Below the pieces are notes generated by a model that worked only from the letters and a program-made list of their open reading frames with translations, did no database searches and was not told the origin of the DNA. The position numbers were made by a program, and so were the translations under genes. DNA of 63,425 bases, counting the filler, from Candidatus Woesearchaeota archaeon (GTDB lineage Archaea > Nanobdellota > Nanobdellia > Woesearchaeales > CG1-02-33-12): NCBI GenBank assembly GCA_018399355.1. It is 4 parts of 4 records of this genome, joined end to end, with 100 filler letters (N's around TTAATTAATTAA, not from the genome) between each part and the next. Parts side by side here need not be neighbours in the genome. Positions count along the whole stretch, not along the records: positions 1 to 19,633 come from JAGYOA010000015.1; positions 19,734 to 36,906 come from JAGYOA010000016.1; 2 more parts are not named here. One strand, 5' to 3'. Positions 18,435 through 28,489 of the stretch are shown in pieces (positions within the stretch are counted from its first letter, which is position 1; every line of letters starts with the position of its first letter).

Positions 18435-19415
18435 CTATCTTTTAAAGCTTTTTATTTTTACAGGCCTTTTTTTTATTTGTTCCAAGATTTTTTTATAAGT
18501 GAGAAGGTTATTTTTTGCCCCTGGATGTGTTATCACAGATTCTGAGTTTGTTAAAGCCATCTTTAATGCGAATTTAATATCTCTTTTTTTTATTATGCCT
18601 GACAGGAATGATGATGCAAACGCATCTCCTGCTCCTGTGCTCTCAACAACTTTAATATAATTTGGCTTTATTGAATAAAAATTTTCCCCGTCATATGCAC
18701 TTACAGAGTGTTTTCCATTTGTTATTACGACTATTCTGGGTCCAAGGTCGTAAAGTGACATGAGCCTTTCTTTGATGTCTTTTTTTTCAATGAGAAGAAA
18801 AGATTCTTCATTGTTTAACACAAGGACATTTGTATTCACAAGAATCTTTTTCAGGTATTCAGCTCCGTTTTTAGCAATATAAGAGCTGGGGTTAAATGCA
18901 ATTTTTATCTTGTTCTTTTTTGCAAAATCTGAAAGAATAACTAAAGTTTTAAATGACTCTCCAACCATTGAAGAAAAATAAAACCATTTTGTATTAAACT
19001 TTTTTGCGTTCAAATCAGAAAACTTAAGGTTGTCATTGGCTCCCTTATATGTGAGTATTGTGCGGTCATGCTCTATTGAGTCCAGTATTATTGAATAACC
19101 TGTCATCTGCTTGCATATTTTTCCGACAAAGTCAACTTTTTCTTTTTTCAGCATGTCAACAACTTTTTTTCCGTTTTCATCATTTCCTATTTTTCCTAAA
19201 TATGCAACCCTATGCCCCAGCCTTGACAATGAAACAGCAGTGTTGGTTCCACCGCCGCCGATTGTAAACCTTATCTCTTTTATCAGAATTTTTGAGCCCG
19301 ATGGATAAGCGATAAGCTCTTTTTCAGAATCCTGGTTTTTTATTTTTATAAGTTCAGAATCCGTGTTTGCAAAAACATCAACAGTTGCAGATCCTACAGT
19401 TATGACGTCATACAT
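18435..19415 (-). CDS. PfkB/ribokinase-family carbohydrate kinase
   Basis: GGGGTNTAVSLSRLG and ESTGAGDAF signatures. Confidence 0.92.
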   Translation of the reverse strand: MYDVITVGSATVDVFANTDSELIKIKNQDSEKELIAYPSGSKILIKEIRFTIGGGGTNTAVSLSRLGHRVAYLGKIGNDENGKKVVDMLKKEKVDFVGKICKQMTGYSIILDSIEHDRTILTYKGANDNLKFSDLNAKKFNTKWFYFSSMVGESFKTLVILSDFAKKNKIKIAFNPSSYIAKNGAEYLKKILVNTNVLVLNNEESFLLIEKKDIKERLMSLYDLGPRIVVITNGKHSVSAYDGENFYSIKPNYIKVVESTGAGDAFASSFLSGIIKKRDIKFALKMALTNSESVITHPGAKNNLLTYKKILEQIKKRPVKIKSFKR

Positions 19416-19633
19416 ATTCTTTTAATATTTTTTTCTTGTTTATATATCTTTCTAAGAAATAAAAAATTAAACAAGGAGTTAGCTACACTTAAGATTACTG
19501 ATTTATTTTTTTATCTGCGCGCTTGTTGTTTTTTTGATTTGATTTTTATTTTATATTTTTCTGACGACAAAAAAGAATATTTTTAATTTGTTAAAATCAA
19601 AGTTAAATAAACCTATTAAAAATGATTTCTTTT

Positions 19634-19733
19634 NNNNNNNNNNNNNNNNNNNNNNNNNNNNNNNNNNNNNNNNNNNNTTAATTAATTAANNNNNNNNNNN
19701 NNNNNNNNNNNNNNNNNNNNNNNNNNNNNNNNN
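19634..19733. other. artificial contig linker (N44-TTAATTAATTAA-N44)
   Basis: N-runs flank a 12-mer with stops in all six frames; identical at three places. Confidence 0.99.
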
Positions 19734-20076
19734 CTACTAACACCAATAAATGGGGTGGAAGATATACAAAGAATTAAAATCTGCTGCCTTTAAAGTTTAT
19801 CCCTTAAATCCAAAATATGGAATAATAGAAAAAGATGTTTGTTATCCAAAACTGCAAATGCTTCCCAAAAAACCAGATGTGGTCATAACTGTTGTTCCAC
19901 CAAGAGTTACAGAACAAATTGTAAAACAGTGCAAAATCCTTAAAATAAGTAAAATTTGGATGCAACCAGGTTCTGAATCAGAAAGAGTTATAAACTTCTG
20001 TAAAAATAATGATATTGAAGTAGTTTATAATGCCTGTTTTGTTGTTAATGGATTAAAAAAGAAATTTCATGATTAA
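19734..20076 (+). pseudogene. CoA-binding protein (YccU-like), 5'-truncated, with an apparent 1-nt frameshift near 19752-19755
   Basis: VYPLNPK, PDVVITVVPP, IWMQPGSES and NAC motifs. The upstream ATNTNKWG stretch is in a different frame from the downstream WKIYKEL. Confidence 0.7.
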
Positions 20077-20422
20077 AATGATAACATTTTCGTGCAAAAA
20101 CATAACTGAAGAAGAACTAACAAGATGTTCATTTAATCTGAATAAAACAGAGTACAATGTTCTTCTTTTTCTATTAAAAAATTATAAGCTGCATACCATA
20201 CTCCATATATCTAAATCAATGAAATTAGAGAGAACAACAATTCAAAAGGCAGTGAAAGGACTTGTTGAAAAAGAGCTAGTTGATAAAATACAAAAGAACT
20301 TACCAAAAGGAGGATATATTCTCTTATACAGGGTAAAATATAAAGAGGAAATCAAAAGCAAGATAAAGAAATTGGCCCACAAATGGTATAAGGACTTTCA
20401 AGAAACTATAAACAAGTTATAG
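20069..20422 (+). CDS. TrmB-like/HTH transcriptional regulator
   Basis: CSFNLNKTEYNVL, ERTTIQKAVKGLVEKELV and GGYILLY wHTH pattern. Confidence 0.8.
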   Translation: MIKMITFSCKNITEEELTRCSFNLNKTEYNVLLFLLKNYKLHTILHISKSMKLERTTIQKAVKGLVEKELVDKIQKNLPKGGYILLYRVKYKEEIKSKIKKLAHKWYKDFQETINKL

Positions 20423-20436
20423 ATTATTTTAACTAA

Positions 20437-22230
20437 TTACCTGTAAATCTCGTTAATCAATTCAATATACATTGCAGAAGACCAGGCCTGCGCTAAGCAT
20501 CCTTCTGACCTTAATTCCTTGGAGCTTGACAGCTCTGCATGATGAGAAATTGCGCCTTTCCATAAAATCTCTTTTGTGCTTGCCTGCAATATTTTATCAA
20601 TCTCTTTCTTGTATCTTTTTTTATCTAATCTGTAAAGGCATAAAGCGGCTAAATTATTTATCCAGAACCATGAGTCGCCGTTGTGGTAGCTTTCATTTTT
20701 TTCTCCTGTATGCTCTTCAATAAAGAAATCACTTTCCTTATCAACAGTTGAAAACCCTCCCCACTGATTCCAAAGGCTTTTTATTGCATTGTCAAAGCAC
20801 TTCATCCACTGATTTTTGTTTAAGAGCTGCGGGTAAAAATAGTATGCTATGAAAATATTGGGCCTTACCTCAAAATCATCAGCGCCGTCTTTTAAAAAAT
20901 TATTGTTCCAGAATTTTTTTAATACCTCATCTTTAAGCTCTTTTTCAAGCTTAATATAAACACTGTTCTTTGTAAGTCTGTACATCAAGTTGTACATGTA
21001 AAGCTGCATGGCCTGTATCTCTATTCTAAAACCATCTCTTTTTAGGCTGTCCATCCATGTCTCATTTTCTTTATTAAATACCAGCTTTCCATCAATACGA
21101 TTAGTTATAACCTCATTGATTGACCTTTCTATAACACTCTGAATGTTTCTTGAATACATTCTTGTTGTTATTTTTTTGTTTAGAATCTCAATAAGAAGTT
21201 CTGTTCTTTTTGATATCCAGCCAAGAGCGTCAGCGCTTTCCAGCCCAGAATTGTCATTTTTTATTGAAATTCCGCCGTCACTCTGGATATAATCAAGATG
21301 TCTGAATATGGTATTTAAAGCTGTTTTTATATCGTTCTGTTTTATCAAAGGCGTCATTGATATCGCCTCGTCTCTTGCCCAAAACTGGAAAAACCATGGC
21401 AGGCCGGCAAAAATACCCTTATTTTCAACCTTTAAAGAGTCAAGAGAACTTAGCGCAGAAAGATAAGCAATTTTTTTTTCTTTGTCATTTGGTATTTTTT
21501 TATTAAGCAATTTTTCATAATAATTAGCCTGTTTTTTTCTTAGCTTTTCTGTATTTCTGAATATAAAATCTGCTTGTTTTATGGCATCTTTTTTGTTTTC
21601 TGAAACTGAAAAAACAGCCCTGGTTGCCCTTACAGCAAAAGGTAAAAAACCATACCTCTCAAAAGGAAAGGAATTTCTTTTTTCATCGAAATCATAATGA
21701 ACTTTTTTCCATTCCTCTCTTATCTTAAATTCTCCGTTAATCCTTGCTGCAAGGTATAACCTATACTCTTCTTTTTCATCAGAGCTGTCTTCTCTTGAGT
21801 CTGTTTTTTTCACAAACTCTACTACAACTACCTCTTTTTCCTGGGAAACTTTGTATATCCTGCCCCATTCTCTCTGGTCATAGCTTTTCTTAAAATCAAG
21901 AACTATTTCTGCTGTTACAGGCTCGCTTGTTTCATAAACCAATGAGTCATAACCATGAGGCATAAAGAAATTTTCAACAACATCGCTTTTTCTTTCAACT
22001 TCATAGAAATTGTTTTTTATTTCTTTTATTTTTCCTGTGTTTATTGGGATTATTCTTTCTATTATCTTGTACATATCATCCTTAAAGAAAAACATGCCAT
22101 CATATCTGCTTTTTCCCTTGTTGGAAACACAGAAATAGCCGCCTTTTTTGTTTGTTAATATAAATCTTATTTCATCGTCTGCCTTGTTTTTTATTTCAAA
22201 ATTATTAAGGCAGTGAGAAACATTTACCAT
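20437..22230 (-). CDS. glycogen debranching enzyme (amylo-alpha-1,6-glucosidase, GDE family)
   Basis: AGLPWFFQFWARDEAIS, TWMDS, IEIQA, RPNIFIA, SYHNGDSW and GCLAQAWS motifs. Confidence 0.88.
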   Translation of the reverse strand: MVNVSHCLNNFEIKNKADDEIRFILTNKKGGYFCVSNKGKSRYDGMFFFKDDMYKIIERIIPINTGKIKEIKNNFYEVERKSDVVENFFMPHGYDSLVYETSEPVTAEIVLDFKKSYDQREWGRIYKVSQEKEVVVVEFVKKTDSREDSSDEKEEYRLYLAARINGEFKIREEWKKVHYDFDEKRNSFPFERYGFLPFAVRATRAVFSVSENKKDAIKQADFIFRNTEKLRKKQANYYEKLLNKKIPNDKEKKIAYLSALSSLDSLKVENKGIFAGLPWFFQFWARDEAISMTPLIKQNDIKTALNTIFRHLDYIQSDGGISIKNDNSGLESADALGWISKRTELLIEILNKKITTRMYSRNIQSVIERSINEVITNRIDGKLVFNKENETWMDSLKRDGFRIEIQAMQLYMYNLMYRLTKNSVYIKLEKELKDEVLKKFWNNNFLKDGADDFEVRPNIFIAYYFYPQLLNKNQWMKCFDNAIKSLWNQWGGFSTVDKESDFFIEEHTGEKNESYHNGDSWFWINNLAALCLYRLDKKRYKKEIDKILQASTKEILWKGAISHHAELSSSKELRSEGCLAQAWSSAMYIELINEIYR

Positions 22231-23189
22231 TATTCCTCTCCCCTATAGAATTTTGCAGCATCTTCAGGGCTTACTGAATTTATTGTTTCTCCTGATGAAA
22301 GCTCAAATCCTGCCCAGATCGCCTTTCTTGGGCATATTTCAATATGAAAATGAAGGTCTTCACCTTCAGGAGAGTAATGGAGAAAAAAATTATAAGAATG
22401 GTTTATCTCTTTAAGCTTTACAAGAACCTTTTTCATAATAGATGCAAGGTCAAGAAGCATGGTTTCATCCATATCTGTTATGTTTTTTATGTGCTTTTTT
22501 GGTAATATCCAAAGCTCATAATTGAATCTTGATGCATAAGGCGCAAATCCCAAAAAATTATTATTTTCAAATGCCCTTCGATGACTGTTTTTTTCTATTT
22601 CCATTATCTCACAGTATGGGCAATTACTGTATTTTTTTGAGGCTTCTATTTTATCCTGAACATTTTTTGGAATTTTGTTGTAGGTTACGACTTGTGTGTG
22701 AGAATGAATCAATGATGTTCCTGCTTCTTCACCTTCATTTTTGAATATTAGAACATATTTTGTTTCTGGAAGTTTGCTTAACTTTCTTATTCTATCTGCA
22801 TAAACTTCCAACAATTGCTTTATATGTTCTTCACTTAAATCAGCAAGCTGTTTTTTATGGTCTGGAGTTTCAACAATAACCTCATGCATTCCATAAGCAT
22901 TGGAATAAGTGAAATATTTGTTGTCATGCCTTATTTCTGGATTTCCTTCTTTGCTTACAGCAGGAAACTTGTTTGGAAACCACCTTATAATCCATTTACC
23001 TTTTTTTTCAATTCTTCCTATTTCTTTTGGTGTAAGATTCTCATTTCCTGGGCAGAAAAAACAATTTCCTTTTGTTGCTGATTTTATTTTTTTTTCCTGC
23101 CTGAAGTCATTGGGTCTCTTGCTTCTATGAGCGGCAACTATAACCCACCTGTCAAGTATGTAATCTTTTCTTAGTTCAATTTTTACCAT
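22230..23189 (-). CDS. galT: GalT-family hexose-1-phosphate nucleotidyltransferase (HIT superfamily)
   Basis: ELRKD, CFFCPGNE, NKFPA, HEVIVETPDH and catalytic GTSLIHSHTQ (HxHxQ). Confidence 0.88.
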   Translation of the reverse strand: MVKIELRKDYILDRWVIVAAHRSKRPNDFRQEKKIKSATKGNCFFCPGNENLTPKEIGRIEKKGKWIIRWFPNKFPAVSKEGNPEIRHDNKYFTYSNAYGMHEVIVETPDHKKQLADLSEEHIKQLLEVYADRIRKLSKLPETKYVLIFKNEGEEAGTSLIHSHTQVVTYNKIPKNVQDKIEASKKYSNCPYCEIMEIEKNSHRRAFENNNFLGFAPYASRFNYELWILPKKHIKNITDMDETMLLDLASIMKKVLVKLKEINHSYNFFLHYSPEGEDLHFHIEICPRKAIWAGFELSSGETINSVSPEDAAKFYRGEE

Positions 23190-24969
23190 GCCTCTTTTTT
23201 ATTGCTAAATTATGCGCTTCAATGTAATTTTCAACCATTGTTTCCCAATCAGCAAGTGATGCAAGTCTTTGCGCCTCCATCTTGTTGTTTATCCTGTCTG
23301 CCTTTGAAAGGCTGCTAAAAAAGTAAAATGATGAAGCAAGCTCATCAACAACCTGCTTATCGCTTTTGTTCATCCTGTTTATCACAAATATGCCGGGGTT
23401 TTTGTTTTGTCTGGAATTTTCATTTATATATCTTCCAAAACCGGCCAAGTCTGTTGTTACTGATGAAACGCCCAGCGCAGCAGCCTCCAATGGAGTGTAA
23501 CCCCATGGCTCATAATAAGAAGGGAAAACTCCAAGATGAGAGCCCTGCATGCATTCATAATAGCTAAGGTCAAGAAGCCCATCAGCCCCAGTAAGGTAAA
23601 TAGGGTAAAAAACAACCTTTACTCTGTCCTGTTTTTTGTTTGTCAATCCATTTTCTTTCAAAGATTTTATTATCATGTCATTCTGCTCATCATGAATATC
23701 ATGGGTTGAGATTGCAGGGGACCCTTTTTTTATGAGCTTCATGACTTTTTTTCTGTTTTCATTTAAAAAATCTTCACTAAATATGTTATTTTCTGTTACA
23801 GTATTTTTTGAAACAATTGAGTAAATAATCCTGTTTTTTATTTCCTCTATGTTGTCATTAATATTATCCCTTACATCATTGAACAAAGACCTGCTTTCAA
23901 GCAGCTCTGGCTTTATCCCTTGTATGTTTCCAGGAACCCAGAAAAATGCAACTACTGTTTTTTTTGATTTTTTTTCTATAAGCTTTTTATTCAGCTTTGC
24001 CAGTGCCTTTATGAAAACATCAATTCCTTTTGCCCTGAATTCATATCTTCCTGCAAGGAAATAAAACAACGTGTTTTCAATATCAAATGAATAATATGGA
24101 AAGAAATAAAACATCACGAATTCCCTTATTTTTTCCCTGAAAAGCTGATGCTTTATTGATGCCTCCTCAAATGTTGGAAACTTTTTTATGTTAAGACCAT
24201 TTGGAAGAATTATATCAGGATTCCTGCCTAAAAGATGCTTTGCTTCTATTGCTGTTATCTCACTTACTGTTGTGAAAACATCAGAGTTTAGGGCGCTTTG
24301 CTTTTCTGTTAAATATTTTGCCTGTATGTTATACTCGCGCGCTTTTTTTTCTGGATCAATTTTATCAAGAATGCTATACAGGTCTTCGTTTGCAAAAGAC
24401 ATTGTCCTGCCCAATATTGTTGCATGGGTTGTGAAAACAGTTGAAACATTGGAGTTGTTTTGTTTTAAGCATAAAATTCCAGAACCTGCCATCCACTCAT
24501 GGAACTGAGCAACAGTCTTTTTGTTTAGCTGCTTGCTTAATTCATTTATCATAAGTCCAACTGCATAAGACCATATTACAGGTTCATCGTAGTCATAATA
24601 CTGAGTATTAAGGGAATCTATTTTGAAATCCTGCCATAAGCTTGTCTTTATATCATTGTTTTTGTATGTAAAATCACTGAAATCAACAAGAATTGTTGTT
24701 GGCTCTCCTTTTATAAGCCAAACTCCATAATGACATGATATTCCCTGCTTTTTCAGCTTTTCAAAAACATTCTTTATGCTTTCAGGAGGAACCTTTTCCT
24801 GAAATTCACCGGCAACCTTGTCTGGAAAATAAGGGCCAACACAAAAATAGTTTTCTTTGTAATAGTCCATCATATATGATGCCTTTGACTTAACAACTGT
24901 GTAAATCCCGCCAACCTTGTTGCAGATTTCCCATGAAACCTCAAATAAATAATCAGCTTGCTTTTCCAT
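23176..24969 (-). CDS. glycogen synthase, GT3 family
   Basis: FEVSWEICNKVGGIYTV, FHEW, FTTHATILGR, GRYEFRAKG and GVFPSYYEPWGYTPLE are hallmark GT3 motifs. Confidence 0.93.
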   Translation of the reverse strand: MEKQADYLFEVSWEICNKVGGIYTVVKSKASYMMDYYKENYFCVGPYFPDKVAGEFQEKVPPESIKNVFEKLKKQGISCHYGVWLIKGEPTTILVDFSDFTYKNNDIKTSLWQDFKIDSLNTQYYDYDEPVIWSYAVGLMINELSKQLNKKTVAQFHEWMAGSGILCLKQNNSNVSTVFTTHATILGRTMSFANEDLYSILDKIDPEKKAREYNIQAKYLTEKQSALNSDVFTTVSEITAIEAKHLLGRNPDIILPNGLNIKKFPTFEEASIKHQLFREKIREFVMFYFFPYYSFDIENTLFYFLAGRYEFRAKGIDVFIKALAKLNKKLIEKKSKKTVVAFFWVPGNIQGIKPELLESRSLFNDVRDNINDNIEEIKNRIIYSIVSKNTVTENNIFSEDFLNENRKKVMKLIKKGSPAISTHDIHDEQNDMIIKSLKENGLTNKKQDRVKVVFYPIYLTGADGLLDLSYYECMQGSHLGVFPSYYEPWGYTPLEAAALGVSSVTTDLAGFGRYINENSRQNKNPGIFVINRMNKSDKQVVDELASSFYFFSSLSKADRINNKMEAQRLASLADWETMVENYIEAHNLAIKKRHGKN

Positions 24970-24970
24970 T

Positions 24971-25543
24971 TTAATCAACAAATATTAATTCATCAGACCA
25001 CTCTTCCTTTATCTTGCCATTCCTCATGTTGATAAAGGGCATGTAGTTATGCATCATCGTTAGATGAGCATTAAATGTAAGCACATCTGTTTTTACCACT
25101 GAGTCTTCTCCAAGCAGTCTTTTTAGTTTTGGCAGAATCTCAGCATTAAACACCTCAATTATGTCGCTTTCAACCCTTGATTCAATTGTCATTGCCACAA
25201 TTGCATGGCCATCTTTGTCTCCAATTGAGCATTCTGAGACATGTTTCATTTCTGTTTTTGATGGAATACTATTCTTTAATGCCTCAAAGATACTGCTCCT
25301 TGTGACTCCGTACTTGAATGTTATTATATACTGCTGCCTTGCGCCAAATCTTCCTGTTCCTTCAGAAGTATTATCAATACTGGTGTAATAGCTTATTATT
25401 CCGCTTTTTTCAAGAATCTTTCTTTTCCTGTTTACTGTTTTTACAGGCACTTTTGTTTCTTTGCTTATTTGGTTATCAGAAACTCTGGGGTTTTTGACAA
25501 GTTCCCTTATGATAAAGCGCTCTTGCTGGTCTATTTCTTTCAT
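24971..25543 (-). CDS. Lrp/AsnC-like winged-helix transcriptional regulator
   Basis: IIRELVKNPRVSDNQISKETKVPVKTVNRKRKILEKSGII N-terminal HTH; first gene of the leftward glycogen arm. Confidence 0.8.
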   Translation of the reverse strand: MKEIDQQERFIIRELVKNPRVSDNQISKETKVPVKTVNRKRKILEKSGIISYYTSIDNTSEGTGRFGARQQYIITFKYGVTRSSIFEALKNSIPSKTEMKHVSECSIGDKDGHAIVAMTIESRVESDIIEVFNAEILPKLKRLLGEDSVVKTDVLTFNAHLTMMHNYMPFINMRNGKIKEEWSDELIFVD

Positions 25544-25650
25544 TTTACCGATAAATCACCCCTTTTATGTCACATAACAAACAATGGATGTATAAATATG
25601 TTTTGTTTTCCCTGACAGTGGGTAAAATTGAGTATAATATGCTGTTTATG

Positions 25651-25664
25651 TTACTATATAGTAA
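25651..25664. promoter_or_regulatory. perfect 14-bp palindrome TTACTATATAGTAA, candidate operator upstream of a TATA box
   Basis: Lies in the divergent intergenic region of the glycogen locus, about 10 nt upstream of TATTTAAA. Confidence 0.45.
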
Positions 25665-25743
25665 TCGAGAAGTTATTTAAATGAAAGTGTTATCCTAATA
25701 TGATATAGCTATTACTATGTGCAGAAATTAAAAAGAGGATTAA

Positions 25744-26979
25744 ATGAAAGTGTTAATGTTTGGCTGGGAGTTTCCGCCTTTTAAGACAGGAGGATTAGGG
25801 ACAGCATGCTATGATCTTACAAAAGGTCTTTCTTATAAAGGGATAGATGTAACCTTTGTGATGCCAAAAACACCTGAAAATGCAAAAGCTGATTTTGTCA
25901 AACTGATAGGAATAAATAACCTATGTAAGAACATTAAGGTTAGAAAAGTTAGCACAATACTGACTCCTTATATGTCTTCTGAGGCATATTCTAATGAATT
26001 AAGAAAACTTAAAATCAGCCATAATAGTTCTTCTGATGTTTACGGAAGAAACCTTTATCAAGAGGTTTTAAGGTATGCAGAAATTGCCAAAATAATAGCT
26101 GAGGAAGAAGAATATGATTTAATACATGCCCATGACTGGATGACTTACATGGCTGGAATTAATGCAAGAAAAATATCAGGAAAACCCTTGGTTGTGCATA
26201 TACATGCAACGGAATTTGACAGAACAGGAGGAAATCCCAATCCTGTGATAAGTCATCTTGAATATACTGGATTAAATGAATCAGATTTGATAATAGCAAA
26301 CAGCAACTTCACAAAAAATAATGTGATAAGGCATTATAAAATTAAGCCTGATAAAATAAAGGTTGTGCATTGGGGTATTGACCCTGAAAATCCTTATTAC
26401 AATCTTAATTATAACTCTCCTTTAAATAAAAATGAAAAGATTGTGTTATTTTTAGGCAGAATTACAATACAAAAAGGCCCTGATTACTTTATAGAAGCTG
26501 CAAAGAAAGTTCTTGACTTCAAAAAAAATGTCCGCTTTATAATCGCAGGAAATGGTGATATGCTTCCAAGAATAGTAGAGAGGGCTGCTGAGCTGGGAAT
26601 AAGTGATAAAGTTACATTTACAGGGTTTTTAAATGGGGCAGATGTCCACCGGGTTTTCCAGATGGCTGATTTGTATGTTATGCCTTCAACCTCAGAGCCC
26701 TTTGGTTTGGTTGCACTTGAATCAATGAAAAACAACACTCCCCTTATAATTTCAAAACAGTCAGGAGTTTCAGAGGTTGTTAATAATGCATTAAAGGTTG
26801 ATTTTTGGGACATAAACGAAATGACAAACAAAATAGTCAATGTTTTAAATTATGAAGAGCTTCATGAGGAGCTTAAGAAAAACAGCTTTGAAGAGGTTAA
26901 GAAATTTGACCTTGTAAAGCCCGCAGAAAAATGCATTGAGGTTTATAATGAAGCGTTAAGAGGTGTGAATAAATGGTAA
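25744..26979 (+). CDS. GT4-family glycosyltransferase (GlgA-like alpha-glucan synthase)
   Basis: GWEFPPFKTGGLG, HAHDWMT, FLGRITIQKG and MPSTSEPFGLVALE motifs. Confidence 0.9.
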   Translation: MKVLMFGWEFPPFKTGGLGTACYDLTKGLSYKGIDVTFVMPKTPENAKADFVKLIGINNLCKNIKVRKVSTILTPYMSSEAYSNELRKLKISHNSSSDVYGRNLYQEVLRYAEIAKIIAEEEEYDLIHAHDWMTYMAGINARKISGKPLVVHIHATEFDRTGGNPNPVISHLEYTGLNESDLIIANSNFTKNNVIRHYKIKPDKIKVVHWGIDPENPYYNLNYNSPLNKNEKIVLFLGRITIQKGPDYFIEAAKKVLDFKKNVRFIIAGNGDMLPRIVERAAELGISDKVTFTGFLNGADVHRVFQMADLYVMPSTSEPFGLVALESMKNNTPLIISKQSGVSEVVNNALKVDFWDINEMTNKIVNVLNYEELHEELKKNSFEEVKKFDLVKPAEKCIEVYNEALRGVNKW

Positions 26980-28184
26980 GTGTTTGCTTTTACTTTCAGG
27001 TGCATCAGCCCTTTAGACTGAAAAACTATTCTGTTTTTGATATAGGAAATAATGCAGGATATTTTGATGAAAAGAAAAACAAAGAAATTATGCAAAAGGT
27101 TGCAAAAAAATGTTATTTTCCTACAAACAAAATAATGCTTGATCTTATTAATAAGCATGATGGAAAATTTAAAATAAGCTACAGCTTAAGTGGGGTAGCA
27201 ATAGATCAGTTTGAAAGATACGCTCCAGAAGTTCTTGATTCATTTATGGATTTGAATGATACTGGATGCGTTGAATTTCTCAATGAAACTTATTATCACT
27301 CACTTTCATTCCTTCACTCAAAAGAGGAGTTCAAGGAGCAGGTAATTATGCACAAAAAAAAGATAAGGTCTTTGTTTAATCAGAGGCCAACTGTTTTTAG
27401 AAACACAGAACTCATATTCAACAACGAGCTTGCAAACCTTATACAAAGGATGGGTTATAAAGGTATACTTGCAGAGGGAGCAGACCATATTTTGGATTGG
27501 AGGTCTCCTAACTTTTTGTACACTGCAAAAACAGCCCCTAAATTAAAGATGCTGCTTAAGAATTATAAGCTTTCAGATGATATTGCTTTCAGATTTTCAA
27601 ACCGCGGATGGAATGAGTGGCCTTTAACAGTTGATAAATACACAAAGTGGGTTAACTCAATAAATGGAAATGGCAATGTTTTGAATCTTTTCATGGATTA
27701 TGAGACTTTTGGAGAGCACCAGTGGGAAGACACAGGAATATTTGATTTTTTGAGAACCCTTCCGCAAGAATTGTTAAAGCATCCGGATAATAATTTCATA
27801 ACTCCAAGCGAAGCAGTAAAAAGATATAATCCTGTTGCAGAGCTTGATATTCACTGTCCTGTTTCATGGGCAGATATCGAAAGGAATACAAGTGCATGGG
27901 ATGGAAACAAGATGCAGCAGTCTGCAATACAAAAACTCTATTTTATTGAGGGAATGGTTAAAAGATCAGGAAACAATAAGCTTATTGAAAACTGGAGAAA
28001 GCTTCAGACAAGCGACCACTTTTATTATATGTGCACAAAGTGGTTTAATGATGGGGATGTCCATAAGTATTTTAACCCTTATGAAAACCCATATGATGCA
28101 TTCATAACGTTTATGAATGTTCTGAATGATGTTAATCTTAGGTTGGATAATAAACCTATTATTAAAAAGGAGGTGGAATTATGA
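26973..28184 (+). CDS. glycoside hydrolase family 57 (alpha-amylase)
   Basis: FQVHQP, ETYYHSL, FRNTELI, LSDDIAFRFS, MDYETFGEH and LQTSDHFYYM motifs. Confidence 0.93.
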   Translation: MVSVCFYFQVHQPFRLKNYSVFDIGNNAGYFDEKKNKEIMQKVAKKCYFPTNKIMLDLINKHDGKFKISYSLSGVAIDQFERYAPEVLDSFMDLNDTGCVEFLNETYYHSLSFLHSKEEFKEQVIMHKKKIRSLFNQRPTVFRNTELIFNNELANLIQRMGYKGILAEGADHILDWRSPNFLYTAKTAPKLKMLLKNYKLSDDIAFRFSNRGWNEWPLTVDKYTKWVNSINGNGNVLNLFMDYETFGEHQWEDTGIFDFLRTLPQELLKHPDNNFITPSEAVKRYNPVAELDIHCPVSWADIERNTSAWDGNKMQQSAIQKLYFIEGMVKRSGNNKLIENWRKLQTSDHFYYMCTKWFNDGDVHKYFNPYENPYDAFITFMNVLNDVNLRLDNKPIIKKEVEL

Positions 28185-28489
28185 GCAAGAAAAAGACGAA
28201 CAAAGCAAAAGTTGTTAAAAAGGATTTGCTGAAGGATGCAGACAAAGAGCATTACTTCTACCTTTGCGACGGCACTGTAATAAAGAATGTGCTTGATCTT
28301 TCCAAGCATATAGAAAAAATGAGTGATGAAGTATTTGGGCATCATGTCAATGACATGAAGAATGATTTTAGCAATTGGATTAATGACATTTACAGCGATG
28401 AGAAGCTTGCAAAGAAAATGCTTGAAACTACAGATAAAGACAAAACACAGATAGTATTGCTTAAGGCAGTAATTGAAAAATTTAGATAG
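28181..28489 (+). CDS. DUF5752-like small protein
   Basis: F.L..G..IKN...L...MSDE.F.HHV....NDFSNWI.DI pattern. Confidence 0.7.
   Translation: MSKKKTNKAKVVKKDLLKDADKEHYFYLCDGTVIKNVLDLSKHIEKMSDEVFGHHVNDMKNDFSNWINDIYSDEKLAKKMLETTDKDKTQIVLLKAVIEKFR

Noticed and set aside
19634..19733. TTAATTAATTAA palindromic repeat occurring three times within N-runs
   Set aside because: It is an artificial six-frame-stop contig linker, not a biological repeat
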